Virus record (IMG/VR): IMGVR_UViG_3300036778_000071
Coordinates: 1 to 32,337 of that record
Source: a virus
Lineage: Duplodnaviria; Caudoviricetes
Direction: 5' to 3' (one strand)
DNA: 32,337 bases
The first letter of the stretch is position 1; every line of letters begins with the position of its first letter. The position numbers and the translations under genes are program-made. Shown in pieces: positions 31,383-32,337 of the stretch. A model generated the notes under the pieces. It made no database searches, had not been told where the DNA came from, and saw nothing but the letters and a program-made list of their open reading frames with translations.

Positions 31383-32337
31383 ATGGCGGATGCTGATTTC
31401 TGGAAAAAGGGGTCAACCCCCATCGGTGATCCCGCCCCCGCAAATAACTTACCCCTGGCGGCGACCGACACGCCGACAAGCCCCACAGCAACCCCGGCAA
31501 AGAATTTCTGGGAAGTGGGCAGCGCGCCCGTAGCACCGGCCGGCGGTAGCATCCGGTCGATGACCGTGCAGCTCGATGCGCCGCCCGAGACGCCGCCGGC
31601 GCCGGTGACACCCGAACAGGAGCAAAAGACCCGTCAGGAGCGGGATCGCTTCGCCGATGTGCCGTCGAATATCCCGGTGCAGAAGGACTATTACGCAAAT
31701 TATTTACCCCCCCCGCCGATCTACGCTCCGCTGGTGCAGGCGGCGGCCGATCATTACAAAATCCCGTATGACGTCCTTGCCTGGGTAGGCGCGCACGAAA
31801 GCGGCTGGAACTCGGATGCGATGGGGATCGACACGTCCAGCGGCCGGGCCAAGGGGATGTTTCAGTTCAAGGACGCCACGGCGAAAATGCTGGGCATCGA
31901 TCCGATGGACCCAAGGCAGGCGATCGACGGAGGCGCCCGCTACCTGCGCCAGCTATTCGACAAAACCGGCGATTGGACCAAGGCCATCGAAGCCTACGGC
32001 ACGTTTTCCACGGGCCTGGGCAAGAGCCATGACGCGGAGGCCCGCAACGGATTCGACAAGTTCATGGGCGGCGTGACGGCGCGGCGCGACGCGGGCAACG
32101 TGTTCCCCGAGGAACAGCCGGGCCGTTATTACGGCACGCTGCCGTTTTCCGAGGATGAGGAAACCGGGAAAGTGACCTGGGGCCTGGAACAAAGCAGCGT
32201 CGGTCGTGCCCTGGCGCGCGGCATTCAGGGCTTCGAAAGCCGCCTGTCCGGGCCGCTGACCCCGGACAAGCTGCACGGGCTCAATGCCGACGAACAGACG
32301 GCGTTTCTCACCTTGGGCGGCATGCCTCAGCCCACGG
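31383..32337 (+). CDS. Large ejection protein with a lytic transglycosylase (SLT) domain, partial
   Basis: Manual translation from ATG 31383 gives HESGWN, AKGMFQF..AT, DP.Q.I.GGARYL and AIEAYG. Not in the ORF track, consistent with running off the right edge. Confidence 0.85.
   Translation, partial: MADADFWKKGSTPIGDPAPANNLPLAATDTPTSPTATPAKNFWEVGSAPVAPAGGSIRSMTVQLDAPPETPPAPVTPEQEQKTRQERDRFADVPSNIPVQKDYYANYLPPPPIYAPLVQAAADHYKIPYDVLAWVGAHESGWNSDAMGIDTSSGRAKGMFQFKDATAKMLGIDPMDPRQAIDGGARYLRQLFDKTGDWTKAIEAYGTFSTGLGKSHDAEARNGFDKFMGGVTARRDAGNVFPEEQPGRYYGTLPFSEDEETGKVTWGLEQSSVGRALARGIQGFESRLSGPLTPDKLHGLNADEQTAFLTLGGMPQPT

Noticed and set aside
1-32337. tRNA, rRNA, integrase, IS elements, cas genes, reverse transcriptase/DGR
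   Set aside because: No supporting motifs were recognised by eye.

Overview
This 32 kb window is GC-rich tailed-phage DNA with a podovirus-like gene order. An alphaproteobacterial host (possibly Acetobacteraceae-like) is inferred from the style of the MarR, HTH-Rep and ArdC proteins. (1) 1-2620 is a leftward early cluster: ardC plus three unknown genes. It is built from repeated parts: two near-identical promoters, four conserved leader hairpins, long intercistronic stems and a terminator. (2) 2624-4071 holds a DUF1376/YdaU-like gene and about 900 bp of non-coding, repeat-rich DNA that may be the genome end or an origin. (3) 4072-13183 is an accessory, regulatory and replication region: many small hypothetical genes, DUF6283-like, MarR, a plasmid-type HTH Rep-like gene with a putative antisense RNA, and a resolvase-like protein lacking its catalytic domain. 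(4) 13187-32337 covers packaging and virion genes: TerL, portal, scaffold, major capsid, GSGY-repeat proteins, adaptor and nozzle, a sulfotransferase-GNAT fusion, and three ejection-type proteins, the last with a lytic transglycosylase domain and truncated by the window. The most unusual items are a split type I-G CRISPR-repeat-like unit with its own antisense promoter inside the tail module, the cassette architecture of the early region, the antisense-RNA/Rep module, a 12-aa arginine-rich peptide locus, and the sulfotransferase-GNAT fusion. No integrase, DNA polymerase, cas gene or tRNA was recognised. All calls are by-eye motif and synteny recognition; no database searches were run.
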